DNA of 63,675 nucleotides, the filler included, from Parasitella parasitica NRRL 2501 (lineage: Eukaryota; Fungi; Mucoromycota), in assembly GCA_025201805.1 (NCBI GenBank). It is 18 parts of 18 records of this genome, joined end to end, with 100 filler letters (N's around TTAATTAATTAA, not from the genome) between each part and the next. Parts side by side here need not be neighbours in the genome. Positions count along the whole stretch, not along the records: positions 21,879 to 28,799 come from MU619295.1; positions 28,900 to 30,879 come from MU619586.1; positions 30,980 to 32,567 come from MU619514.1; positions 32,668 to 42,911 come from MU619244.1; 14 more parts are not named here. One strand, written 5' to 3'. The notes beneath the pieces were generated by a model that did no database searches, was not told the DNA's origin, and was given only the letters and a program-made list of their open reading frames with translations. This document shows, piece by piece, positions 26,411 to 38,698 of the stretch. Position 1 is the stretch's first letter; each line of letters starts with the position of its first letter. The position numbers and the translations under genes were made by a program.

Positions 26411-27028
26411 ATGCTTGCTTTTCGTCGTGCTGCTATCAAGGCTGCTCCTCTTGCCGCCCGTTCAACTGTTAGACCTTTCTCTGTTTTAAGCGCTCGTTTC
26501 TGTAAGCATTCCAACATTTGATTGATATTTTTTTGAGTGGGGAAATAGGAAAAAAAAAAAAATGTCGCGATACAACTAGAAACTACACTAACAATCATTT
26601 AATTCAATAGCTGGTGCTGTTGGTCATAGTGCTGAGACCAATATGGGTCCTGGTGGTAAAGCTGGTGAGATTCCCACCGACCTTGAGCAAGCTACTGGTT
26701 TGGAGCGTCAAGAATTACTTGCCAAGCTCCAAGGTAAGGAGCTCTTTGACATGGAGCCCTTAAACATGACACACATTGGTACACCCAAGAACCCCATCGT
26801 TGTTCAATCTCATGATCCTATCCGCTTCATTGGCTGTACTGGTAAAGTATAATGTCATTGATTCGTTGCATGATTTTAGGTATTGAATATTTGATAGGTT
26901 TCCCTGCTGAATCTCATGATGTTATTTGGATCAACTTGGATAAGTCTCACGAACATGATCGCTGTCCTGAATGTGGTTCCGTTTTCACCATGGATTTTGT
27001 TGGTTCCGAGGAAGATCATCACCATTAA
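26411..27028 (+). CDS. COX4: Cytochrome c oxidase subunit IV (Vb family), 3 exons
   Basis: Mitochondrial presequence; IPTDLEQATGLERQELL; RFIGCTG; RCPECGSVF zinc site. Confidence 0.95.
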
Positions 27029-27579
27029 ATTAATATTTAACCAAAAAAGTGAAAATGTAAACATGTTAGAAGAATAAAGCCATAAAAAAATATTTTTTTA
27101 TACATTCACCTTTCTTCTCCTTTGTCATAATCAATCAAACACTCTCTTTCGACAATACAATCCACCGTTTCGAGCAAAGTAATCCTCATTTACGAACAAT
27201 AATAAATAATATAACAGTGCTGATTACTAGACACATTAATCCGACATCCTTTGTTGCTGATACATTGTCTGTTTTGGATTGGTTGTGTCACAAAATTTAC
27301 CATCTCTTCAACACATGTGGCGACAGCATGTATATGCCATTTGAAAGAAACTGCAGATTATATATGTCTGATCTATGCAGAGTAAATGTTGGCCTTTAAT
27401 TACTGTTCGTGATTAGCATTTACGCCAGAGTTTCTGAATTATTGGAATACTTGCGCAAATGATTAATTTGGTGCATTATACAAATTGACTTTGCAACATT
27501 TTGTATATACTAATAATTCTAACTTTGTATAATGCGCTTTTTTCTTCTTTCTCATTTAATATCAATAATTTCTGTTGAA

Positions 27580-28092
27580 ATGGACACCCAAGCAATTGCT
27601 TTTCAATATCCGTGCTACATCTGCAAAGAAGTACTCTTCACTCCTACGGACATCATGTCGCATGTCATTTGCCAACACGGTTTCATGCTTCACCAACGTC
27701 TTGAGGCAAGCCTTGTAATTGGAGGTGATATTAGACCACCCGAGAAAAACTATGAATACAAAGAATTTCCTCTTCCAAAAGAAGAGACTGATTTTATTGT
27801 CATTCATTCAGCTTGTCCATCTTGCTGGTACCACTGTGCTGTAGAAGATTTTGATGAATTCAAGGGCCATATTAAAAAAGCTCATGATCCACAACATTAC
27901 ATGCCTAGCTATAATTCACAAGCAGAAAACCGTGGAAATGGCGAATCCAGTGGCAATGGTCGTGAGCATGATGAAATAAAAACCGAACAAGCGACGACTG
28001 AGCCAACATTAGAAGACGTGATCAATATAATCCAAGAATTGAAAGGTTTGTTTCACTCCTATTTCTTAGGCACATATGAAGAAGAACAGTGA
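27580..28092 (+). CDS. C2H2 zinc-finger protein
   Basis: CYIC-x12-HVICQH and CPSC...HIKKAH. Confidence 0.6.
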   Translation: MDTQAIAFQYPCYICKEVLFTPTDIMSHVICQHGFMLHQRLEASLVIGGDIRPPEKNYEYKEFPLPKEETDFIVIHSACPSCWYHCAVEDFDEFKGHIKKAHDPQHYMPSYNSQAENRGNGESSGNGREHDEIKTEQATTEPTLEDVINIIQELKGLFHSYFLGTYEEEQ

Positions 28093-28899
28093 TTGTACTA
28101 CAGGTGAATCAAAATTGTACTTTTTCACTTATTATTACAATAACCCATTGAATGAAATGTTATTTTCCCTATCCATGACAAAAACAGCTCTTTGAGAACA
28201 AACCTGTTGCAATATAGCCCACTTAACCCCCTTATCTGCTTGAAAATCGATGCTCGCTCTATTAACTTCTTGTTCATTCGTAAATCATAATATAAATAAA
28301 ACAAAACAGATGGTTCAATAAAAAATTGGTAATTCTATACCGTGGGCTAGCCACAGTCTATTACTACCAATCACTGAATATACAGGGTTGACTTGAGTAT
28401 GTATCGTTTCGAATCCACGTGCAGAGAACAAGCTGCAAGGTAAACAAAACAAACATTTTAAGTCAGGATATACGTATTTATCACTGCTTGCACTTTATCT
28501 AGCGTACAATGAGATAGCTACACTCATATAAACTAAAATGTATCACATGAGACTCCATATATTCCACAGACAAATGCAATGCTGATTTAAAGCCACTTTA
28601 CAGAAAACTCAAACTTAAATTCAACCAAATTAAACTACATTTTTTGTTGTTTCCCAACAGAAATCCCAAAGAGCCAACGTGATTGATTAATATTCGTTTA
28701 TGCATCTATCAAAAGTTATCTGCAAAAACAGTTTGATTTTTCAATATTAATCATAAATATCAGATATTAGCTCATAACTTTTGCTAAAATTACCGTAGAN
28801 NNNNNNNNNNNNNNNNNNNNNNNNNNNNNNNNNNNNNNNNNNNTTAATTAATTAANNNNNNNNNNNNNNNNNNNNNNNNNNNNNNNNNNNNNNNNNNNN

Positions 28900-30209
28900 A
28901 CAGCCAAGTTTGAATGCATTGTAGCATTCGAATGGTGTATTTTAGTTGACATGTGGATTGTTTCTCTTGTCTCTATACTGCTTAATACAAACAAGAGAAA
29001 TTGAGAAATCTGCGACATACAGCAATATCAATTTAAACATATTTCGGTTTCAAGGTACGTTGTGCTTTTCATTGGTAATGTATTCAAATTATAGAGGTTC
29101 TGATCTATCGTCTAGTGTTGATTTCTGAAAAGAGAGATGATTCCATGCTGATATGGCATGGTACAGAGTTATCATCTATACCTTCAAAGCCTTTGACTGA
29201 AAACGCAGCTGCATTTAAAAAAGCAAGCGCATTTTTTGTTCTAAATCGTTCAGTTTGTCAGAAAAAATATTTTGTCAGTGATTACAAATGCTTTACAAAG
29301 GTGCTGAACCAACGGATGATGATGATGGTCTCTCCCATAACAAACTAATTAATTCGAATCAAATTGGCTTTATACCAGCAGGCAAATATTATATTGCAGA
29401 AAATGGTTTACGCTGTCAAATCATTATGGAGAATGCAGAGCGCCGATGGACCATTGCTGAACAGAGTGACTCTCCATGGCCTCTCTTGACAAAGATATAG
29501 GTCTCCTCCTCGATCAAAAGAAGGCCTATGACCGGGTCAACCTGGCATACTTCCGAGCTGTCCACAACCGTTTTGGATTTCCTCCTTTAGTATCGTCCAA
29601 TGTCTCTACTGTACAATCTCACGGCCTTGAACCGCATCCGTATAAATATCAATAAATATTGTACAGAAGAAGTACGAAAGCTGCATTTTTTTAAGCAAGG
29701 AGACCCTATTTCATGCATCTGCTACGATTTGGCGTTTGAACCCCTTTTACAAAGTATCCTTCAAGACCCTGATTTCTACGGATACCACAATTGCAATCGC
29801 AACATACATCATTCGCTCCTGCTTCAATCACCACCAAAATTCTCTGTTATGAAGATGATGCTCTAGTATTTGTGCGCCATCGAAAAGATCTACGTCTTCT
29901 GAAGTATTACATGGACCTGTTTTGTCGAGCCTCAAATACTCGATTCAATTACAACAAGGTCGATGCCTTCTCCATCTCTGGTCGAGATACTGGCCGGTTC
30001 TGGAACTGACAACTGCAGTAAATGCGCATCCAGCATCTGCATACCGCCCACGGTCCTGAACCCCTGATATACCTTGGTTTTCCACTTATACAAAGCACAC
30101 AACAACAAAGAAGTAAATTTGTCGCTACCTTTATCCGGAAGCTAAAATCGGGTCTTCAAATGGATTATGATGGTAGGTCTTTGTCAGTAGTCGGTAAGGA
30201 GGCCACCGT
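28900..30209 (+). pseudogene. Degenerate L1/Tx1-like LINE reverse transcriptase
   Basis: NQIGFIP, LDQKKAYDRV, QGDPIS, YEDD, YLGFPL across frameshifts and stops. Confidence 0.85.
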
Positions 30210-30879
30210 TGATCTTCTGCCATAATTATAGACAGGAGATCATGGCAATGTACTTCAATTGGAGATTGAAGATTTTCCAATGATGTTGTGCTGAAGTGAT
30301 AGAACTTCCCACAAAAAGTAATTGAATGTCATCTCTTACGGAGCTACCTTAGAGATTCCAAATCAAGCTAATAAACAGATTACCTAAATATCTAACCGTG
30401 AAACCGCGAAGCATTTATAAAAAGAAATCGAACCACAAACCACATTTTGAACGCATAGACCAATGTAAGGACTGGTCCATATGCATGTCATTTGCAAATG
30501 TGTCAGAAACATCGATATTAGAATACCGTACTTGATTATGTAAAATCAAATACAGAAAAACCTGACTGACAGTTACGGCGTAACTGACAGACAGACCGTC
30601 TACAACAACGAATATAAATAGAGTAGAAATGTGTAACCTTTGCACGTTATCCTATTCCAAAAAACAAAGAAGGAATTAAATTGTATCTATTGTTGTTTTA
30701 CACATTTTATTACAGATGCGATGTGAATATACGCTTGTGTTGTAAATTGGAGAATAAAGTCGTCTCTGTTTCAAATCAAGGAGGTTATTCCTGTAAGTAA
30801 CACAGATCTGAGCACCAGGATAAAGGCTAATGCACTGTCAGATCAAAGACGTGTAGCCCTTGTTGTATAACCTCATATC
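30210..30879. mobile_element. Solo LTR family A2 with a nested LTR
   Basis: Aligns to 46814-47040 once 30287-30714 is removed. Confidence 0.8.
30287..30714. mobile_element. Nested solo LTR (different family)
   Basis: GATGT-[TGTG...TACA]-GATGC. Confidence 0.75.
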
Positions 30880-30979
30880 NNNNNNNNNNNNNNNNNNNNN
30901 NNNNNNNNNNNNNNNNNNNNNNNTTAATTAATTAANNNNNNNNNNNNNNNNNNNNNNNNNNNNNNNNNNNNNNNNNNNN

Positions 30980-31073
30980 AAGAGCATTGAATATCTGATT
31001 AGCACTTATCAAAAGATTGAGCTCCCGGTAGGGCGACGATGGCCGTCGTGAGCGAAGCGAGCAGGTCAGCTAG
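30980..31073 (+). mobile_element. Probable Helitron 3' end
   Basis: GC-rich hairpins CGACG-atggc-CGTCG and GCGAAGC, followed by CTAG|T. Confidence 0.55.
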
Positions 31074-31155
31074 TACTAATTAAAAAGGTTACTCACAAAG
31101 TCTGGGAGCAACTGACAAATTAAACGTCTCACTTATCAATTAAGGTAAAAAAAGA

Positions 31156-31227
31156 GGGACCAACCGGGGTTTGAACCCGGGACCTCTCGCACCCAAAGCG
31201 AGAATGATACCACTACACCACCGATCC
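31156..31227 (-). tRNA. tRNA-Pro(TGG)
   Basis: Cloverleaf; CTCGC-TT-TGG-GT-GCGAG anticodon arm; GGTTCAAACC T-arm; downstream T-run. Confidence 0.93.
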
Positions 31228-31761
31228 GATCTAGACTTTGTCAGTGTAGATATAGACCCAGAGAGCGATTATGAACTGCAGGATATCATAGAGTCAATGA
31301 AGTCAAACCGAAATAAGAAACGTAAGTTTAAACCCACGATACCGAAAGCCAAGAGAAACATTAGACAAAGGTTACACGCTATATTACACAAACTTATCTA
31401 GTTTATATTCTTCCCACAAGTAAAAGATAATAAAGATATCTTTTCATCTCGCTACAACTAAAACTATAATATTATCTATCGTATTGCATCTTAAAACCTA
31501 CTGTTTCTATCCAAGCATATCACATCTTTCAGATACTAAATCTACATATTCGTATCTGACAACTTTCTCAAAAATTTATATATTTATCAAATACTAAATT
31601 TAATGCTCCGGCACAATGCGATCAAGATGTGGGGTTTTCGACCGACAGTGCCCTTCCAGTAACTGAGAACAAGGTTTTAGACAATGACGACATAGCCTGG
31701 CTTATCCTAGCATGCATCATAAATAGTATTTTTTTAAAGTTAGCTTTAAAACTCTTTACCT

Positions 31762-32272
31762 TGTTGTGCCAGGTCTTGAAAATGAGCATAGCAGGTGATT
31801 GTATGTGATGTAAAAATATAAGAATGTAAAAAAGACTTAGTTTACCAGATACAAAACTACTGATTTATAAACAAGACCTAATTGTATTTTATAGATTGAT
31901 TTAGATATGTTATATCAATAACATGGCAAGGTCTCACATCAGGATCTCAGATCAGTCCCAGGGTCTTACAGTAAATCATGGTTAGTCATGATTTACATTA
32001 TGCAGCTAGACAGTAGAACCCTAGTGTAATGAATGTGTATATAATACATCGAGAGATGTATTATGAATAAAGGTGTAATTCTTTGGCAGATTTATTTTAT
32101 CAGACTTTTGACATAACAAGATAGATTTATTCTAATATATAAATAAACAGCTTCTTTTCAATCAATAAATCAGTAGTTTTGTATCTGGTAAACTAAGCCT
32201 TTATTACCTTCTTATATTCTTTATATCACATACAATCACCTGCTGTGCTCAATTTCAAGACCTGGCACAACA
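31762..32272. mobile_element. Head-to-head fusion of two LTR family B 5' halves containing a nested LTR
   Basis: Starts TGTTGTGCCAGG and ends CCTGGCACAACA; ~105-bp inverted arms. Confidence 0.7.
31908..32118. mobile_element. Short solo LTR, family D-like
   Basis: AGATA-[TGTTAT...ATAACA]-AGATA. Confidence 0.85.
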
Positions 32273-32667
32273 ATAATACAATGAATAGTTATTATATATG
32301 CAATGGAATTGGTATAACTAAAAGCGCATAACTGAAAAGATAAAACTCAAATGTCACGCATAGTCAATTCATGCCATTCGAGTTCGCATAACATATAAAG
32401 TCATATAAATTAAATCGAAATACAAATATAATTTAAGACCTTATCAATGAGTGTTGTGTGAAGGAAAACACTCCTGATCAAAGTGCTTTCCCTTCTTACA
32501 CAATAAACATTCAGAATAAGAGTGATAATTGTTGTATCCATAGAATACCATGGTTACCACTATTTCANNNNNNNNNNNNNNNNNNNNNNNNNNNNNNNNN
32601 NNNNNNNNNNNTTAATTAATTAANNNNNNNNNNNNNNNNNNNNNNNNNNNNNNNNNNNNNNNNNNNN

Positions 32668-33062
32668 CACCATATCTGGAGTCAAAAACCAAGATACCTC
32701 TCATTGTCTTTGGTGCAGGAATGTTCGGCAAAGATGCAGTGAAGCTGAAGGGGCACAGATGCGGTGTAGTTGGAACATTATTCAGAACATTAAAAAGGCG
32801 TGAGGCTGAAGGTCGACTGATTGTTACGACAATCGATGAATTCAAAACCTCAAAAACTTGCAACCTCTGCCTTTCTGATGGCCTGACTATCATAAAGACT
32901 GACAACTTTAAAGGTGTTGGTGTTGTCTGCTGTCATCATTGCAAACAGTTGTGGCAAAGAGATATCAATGCTTCAAATAACATGATGACTATCTCCAAAG
33001 CAGTATGGTCAGGACAAGGAAGACCACAAGTCTTTACGCCAGAACGACATACATCGCCGTAA
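32668..33062 (+). CDS. Fanzor (TnpB-family RNA-guided nuclease) C-terminal third, family F2 copy C
   Basis: IVFGAGMF...IDEFKTSKTCNLC...CHHCKQLWQRDINASNNM...GRPQVF: RuvC-II E, C4 zinc finger, RuvC-III D. Confidence 0.9.
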
Positions 33063-33310
33063 CAAACACGGTTATTCTTAGAAATAAGGATTAAGATCTT
33101 TACAGGTATGTATAATCTATTTACCCAAAGTTCTCTCAAACTAACTTTTCTCATCTCTAAAATTCATTTTGATCTTTGTCCAAAACCAGGTAAGCAAAAT
33201 TGCCAAATTATTTTTTAGAAACACCCAAACTAATTCTCTATAATCACCATTTATTTTTCCAAATTAATCAATATTTCCCAGTCTGACTGTATATGTCTTG
33301 TTCACATTGC
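33020..33310 (+). ncRNA. Putative omegaRNA precursor and right end of the F2 element (ends 33289, then TA)
   Basis: GAAA hairpin 33074-33091; terminus ...GACTG|TA analogous to F1; end inferred from a single copy. Confidence 0.5.
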
Positions 33311-33859
33311 ATGCCTATTCAATAACAGTTGATTACAGAAAGCACCAACTTGCATATAAAAATGCTTAAAATTATCCATACCTTTGCACAAAAACAAACC
33401 AATCCAAGCCATGGATATAATTGTCTGACATTACCCTGATTAGGGTTAACTGATCTATATTTTCTTTCTATTGCGTAACGCATAAATAGCTAATTTTGAC
33501 TACAATAGTGGCAATGGAAAAAAAACATTTCCTCTTTAATACGCCTATTTAGTTTTTTGTCATGATGAACCTCCTTTTTGAGTAATTCTCTTTGCTATAT
33601 CAAAATATCCTTGCGAAAAAAAAATCTGGTGGCCATCTTTTTTTTAATACTTTTACCAAACGTCCTACGATAATAGTATATGATATTTGGTCACCCACAT
33701 TTTGGATGAGATATTTTCTCGACTTCCTGTACATGCTGCACTTCTCAGCACCCACTGCTGCTGACAAAAGCCTGCTGCTCTTTGCGGCATTTTCTTTCGA
33801 CTCAAGTAATTAAATGCTTCATGAGAATTTATAATTTCTTGAAAGGAAATTGCTTACCT

Positions 33860-34267
33860 TGATCTGCCAAAATTATAGATAGGAGATCATGGCAATGTAC
33901 TTCAATTGAAGATTGAAGATTGTCCAATGAAGTGATGTGATACGTATGTGTAAACTAAACAATAAAGTCTCTGTTTCAAATCAAGAAGGTTATTTCTGTA
34001 AGTAATACAGATCTGAGCACCAGGATAAAGGTTGATGCACTGTCAGATCAAAGACGTGTAGCCCTTGTTATATAACCTTACATTATACCCTTTCAAGTAG
34101 ATTGTCACTATGAATTAGTCTTGTCAATTAGTAATCTAAATACGTCACTACAAATTTATGTATTTGTAAAAGGTATAAATAGCAGATGCAATTTCGATCT
34201 TAAATAAAGTATTTGTAAGTTTTCATATCTCGTTAACCTTTGGTTTTATTATTATTTATATCCAACA
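33860..34267. mobile_element. Solo LTR family A2
   Basis: TACCT-[TGATC...CAACA]-CACCT (4/5 TSD match). Confidence 0.85.
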
Positions 34268-34516
34268 CACCTAAATGTTAATATACAAAATAGAGATATA
34301 CCGTGGATTCGATACGAAATGTTATATAGATTTACTGAAAAATGAAATAAAAAGACAATAAATATCAAGTTGATAAGGTGTGTTGTGTCAAAAGTCTGAT
34401 AAAATAAATCTGCCAAAGAATTACACTTTTATTCATAATACATCTCTCGATGTATTATATACACATTTATTACACTAGGGTTTTCTACTGTCTAACTGCA
34501 TAATGTAAATCAAGAC

Positions 34517-34835
34517 TGTTGAGATCTATAAGATCGAAAATAAAGAAGTATAAAATAAAACGTTGAATTAACGAGATATGAAAACTTGAGATTACTCTAT
34601 TAAAGATTCAACTTGCATCTGCTATTTATATTTTTTATATAAATTTTGGTGACACTTATTTAAAATACTAGTCGATATTAATCGATAAGAGTAATTTGCA
34701 AGCAACATAATATCCTTAATAGGGTACGATGTATTATTATACTACAAGGTTATTGATGTTTGATCTGACAGTACCTTATTGTTTGTCAATCATACAGATC
34801 TGTGTTACAGATAACCTTCCTGATTTGAAACAAAG
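34517..34835. mobile_element. Truncated LTR A1, abutting a D-like LTR fragment (34381-34516)
   Basis: Alignment to other copies. Confidence 0.75.
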
Positions 34836-34953
34836 CGCACTATGGTCTCCCCGATGCTCTCATGAGAATATAGATGTGCATGCACGAGAACATTTTTTAG
34901 AGCCAAAAAAAGTGCTTATCGAGCTAGGTTAAGGAGATAAATGTGCTCATGCG

Positions 34954-35359
34954 TGTTGGGTTAAAAAAGATATAAAAAACCAAATGTTAACGAGATATGA
35001 AAACTTACAAATACTTTATTTAAGATCGAAATTGCATCTGCTATTTATACTTCTTACAAATACATAAATTTATGGTGACTTATTTAGATTACTAATTGAC
35101 AAGACTAATTCACAGTGACAATCTACTTGAAAGGGTACGATATGAGGTTATACAGCAAGGGCTATACGTCTTTGATCTGACAGTGCCTTAACCTTTATCC
35201 TGGTGCTCAGATCTGTGTTACAGAAATAACCTTCTTGATTTGAAACAGAGACTTTATTGTTTAGTTTACACATACGTATCACATCACTTCATTGGACAAT
35301 CTTCAATCTTCAATTGAAGTACATTGCCATGATCTCCTGTCTATAATTATGGCAGATCA
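34954..35359. mobile_element. Solo LTR family A2 with perfect TSD
   Basis: ATGCG on both sides. Confidence 0.9.
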
Positions 35360-35495
35360 ATGCGAGAAGAGCAAAAATTAAAACCTCTTAAATGATCACA
35401 TTTTTATGCTCAAATGAGCACAAAAATTACTAGTTTTATAGGCTCGAAATTACGCTCACAATACTCGAAAAAATGTGCTCATGAAGCGAAAATGT

Positions 35496-36129
35496 TGTTA
35501 TATCAATAACATGCCATGGACCCTGTAGCAAGATCAAGGGGCTAAAAGCCAATGTGCGTAGTAGATCAGGGATTTACACCGCATGCTCTACATATAAATT
35601 TTGGTTACAGTTGTTGTTATAGATCAGTATAAACTGATCATCACATAAAAAGAATCTCCGTAAATAGTATGGATATGAACTTCAAATTACCCCAGAATAT
35701 TTCACAAAGATTACAATCATCAAGAACAGGCTAGCATGAATTTAAGAAGACGTAATCCAATATCAAGAACAAATAGAAACAACTCCAACACTCGTCAAAT
35801 CCGCCATTGGTTATCTCTTTATCAATCCTTGCTGCCAAGATGTCCTGGATGAATAATCCAATATAATTTAGGATCATATCCATAATCATTTACCCTTGGA
35901 AAACTAGTATAAAAAGATAGTTTTTAATTGACATTTTGATGAGCTTCATTAAAAAATAAATAACAGTTTTAAAAATTATTTTTTATATATTTTTTACTAG
36001 TAATTTCACAGTTGTGTGTGATGACGTTAGCACATAATGTTAGTTTATATAAATACAACCAGAGGATGTATTTCTAATAAAAGTGTAACTCTTTGGCAGA
36101 TTCATTTAATGACTTATTTTGGCATAAAA
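35496..36129. mobile_element. Solo LTR family D with nested family E
   Basis: TSD AATGT on both sides. Confidence 0.8.
35615..36010. mobile_element. Solo LTR family E
   Basis: GTTGT-[TGTTAT...TTCACA]-GTTGT; empty site visible in the 15.45 kb copy of family D. Confidence 0.88.
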
Positions 36130-36228
36130 AATGTGCCCGTACACTCAAAAAAATGTGTTCAAAAAAGTAAAATTTGCGTACAAAAATGTAGCTTTAGCTT
36201 TTGTTTATTTCTCAATTTTTGTAGTATG

Positions 36229-36686
36229 TGTTGTGCCAGTGTCAAAGGGCGCAGCGTAGTGTTATGTAAATATGATTTGTATAAAGTAATAAAGACTTTT
36301 CTGAATAAAACCAGATACAAAACTGAAGACTTTTATTGACATAAGATATGATCTCTATTTATACTAAAATATACCCCAATCAATGTTTATCCACATAACA
36401 TCTGATGTTTGACAAGAAGTATCAAACCTTATTAAATCACAGCATTTCCAGGACAGACCTATCTTTCTATTTTACATTAAAGAGAAGATTGGGTAGGATG
36501 TCTTCCCGACATCCCGCGATCTGATCTAGATGTATTCTCTGAATAAGCCTGGAACCTTGCAAGAGGTCCAATTACAACTTGTAGCTTATTCCTTATTTGT
36601 AAAAGAATTACCAACAATTAATATCATGATCCGTGCATTATGACTAAGTTAGATATGACATATGTAGCCTTTATATGGATACAACA
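36229..36686. mobile_element. Solo LTR, family B-related
   Basis: GTATG-[TGTTGT...ACAACA]-GTATG. Confidence 0.88.
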
Positions 36687-37207
36687 GTATGGATCAGTAA
36701 TTTATTATCGCTTTGATGTCATATCGTCACATGCAGTATTGTCTTGATTATGTAGCCTTTGGTCGACACAGGCAATGATGGAAATCAGTGCAAGATTAGC
36801 TATTATCCGATTTGAAATTGAAGCAGCTACAGAGGTATTTGCTATATACAAGAAAAGCGCATCGTTAAATTAATTTTGTAAATGGCAATAACAAATAACC
36901 ATCTACATTAATTGTGAAAAGAGATCATACAATATTATATATACTGCTGCTCAAAAAAGAAACAAGGTTTAGCTCATATAAAATCTAGAATCCAGGGCAA
37001 AAATGAACAGCAAACCTCTCATATTATCGCATACAGTATATGTTCAGATACCGGGAGCAAAAATATACCTGTAGCATGCCTAAATAATAGAAGAGATCCA
37101 GTTTTAGTGTATATTAGTAAAGCAAAAGAAGCAAGCCAAATAGTATTAAAAACTACCTTGACATTGACACCCAAACGACGTAATGCAAAAAAGTGATTCA
37201 TACATAG

Positions 37208-37919
37208 TGCAATGGAATGGTATAACTAAAAGCAAGTAACTAAAAAAATAAAATAAGACTCAAATGTCACGCATAGTCANNNNNNNNNNNNNNNNNNNNN
37301 NNNNNNNNNNNNNNNNNNNNNNNNNNNNNNNNNNNNNNNNNNNNNNNNNNNNNNNNNNNNNNNNNNNNNNNNNNNNNNNNNNNNNNNNNNNNNNNNNNNN
37401 NNNNNNNNNNNNNNNNNNNNNNNNNNNNNNNNNNNNNNNNNNNNNNNNNNNNNNNNNNNNNNNNNNNNNNNNNNNNNNNNNNNNNNNNNNNNNNNNNNNN
37501 NNNNNNNNNNNNNNNNNNNNNNNNNNNNNNNNNNNNNNNNNNNNNNNNNNNNNNNNNNNNNNNNNNNNNNNNNNNNNNNNNNNNNNNNNNNNNNNNNNNN
37601 NNNNNNNNNNNNNNNNNNNNNNNNNNNNNNNNNNNNNNNNNNNNNNNNNNNNNNNNNNNNNNNNNNNNNNNNNNNNNNNNNNNNNNNNNNNNNNNNNNNN
37701 NNNNNNNNNNNNNNNNNNNNNNNNNNNNNNNNNNNNNNNNNNNNNNNNNAGAACTGATATACAACAATTCAAATCCTATAAATACTAAGATGTTTTTCTC
37801 TAGATAAAACCTCAGTATACTTTTATAGTAAAGAATCCCAAACTTGATTATAATTGTAATTTCATATCGCTTTTATTTTTACTTTTTTTTTATTTCGTAA
37901 ATCTTTCAAATTTACTGCG
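37208..37919. mobile_element. LTR family C spanning a gap
   Basis: TSD CATAG on both sides. Confidence 0.75.
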
Positions 37920-38269
37920 CATAGTATCATTTTTAGCTATTGCCTATATTCAGCAGTATAAGTAGTCAATCATTTAGTTGTTACAAATAATTTAATGCGC
38001 ATAGCAATATAATGCTCACAAAGGAAAGATTGAACTGAGTAAGCTACTATGTGCTATTAACAAAAGGATTAATAATTTGTTAGAATAAACTCGAATACAT
38101 AAAATATGTTGCGTATCATTTCTTCTTACCAAGCTATACTGCAAGCTGTTCCTTAATGAAAGAGAAGCTACAATTTCTTATGATGAAACTGCAGATATGT
38201 GATGTTATTACTCTGTATAATATACTTATATTTGGCATCACTTTTTGCAAGTTTTTGTTTTACGCCATT

Positions 38270-38622
38270 TTTGATCGAAGATATCTCAGTAACTACGATA
38301 CATCCATTTCGCATCCAAGTTTATTCAGATACATCCGTTCAAGCTCTACAACATATATTAATTTCAACTCGAAATCACTTGTTTTCATCGTTCTATTCAA
38401 CATTTTCACTTTTCGTAACTTTTCTGATAGTACAACTACATACACCACAAAAGTTACACTCTATATTTTCAACTTTGAAATTTTTCCTATGTCTGAAGGT
38501 CTCCCTCAAGATTTAGGCTCTACGTGGGCTACTATGGCCTCACGTAACATTCCGTCTAGGGTTTTGCAGCCTGGTCGCAAGCAATTGGCAGTCAAGGACA
38601 GTGTTCCTTTGGTAGGTTCTGT
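38270..38622 (+). mobile_element. Possible 5' UTR and ORF1 start of an L1-like LINE, truncated
   Basis: MSEGLPQDLGSTWATMASR...VPLVGSV; LVGSV also occurs at the visible start of the 39966 ORF1. Confidence 0.45.
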
Positions 38623-38698
38623 TCTTTTTTTTTTGTGTATTAAAGTGTACCTTTATTAACTAAATGCAACTAATAGCTATGGAAAAAATGTGCTAACA

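Larger units (their letters stand above)
34838..36228 (+). mobile_element. CACTA terminus and subterminal region interrupted by nested LTRs
   Basis: Begins CACTATGG; GCTCATG repeats resume after each insertion. Confidence 0.65.
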
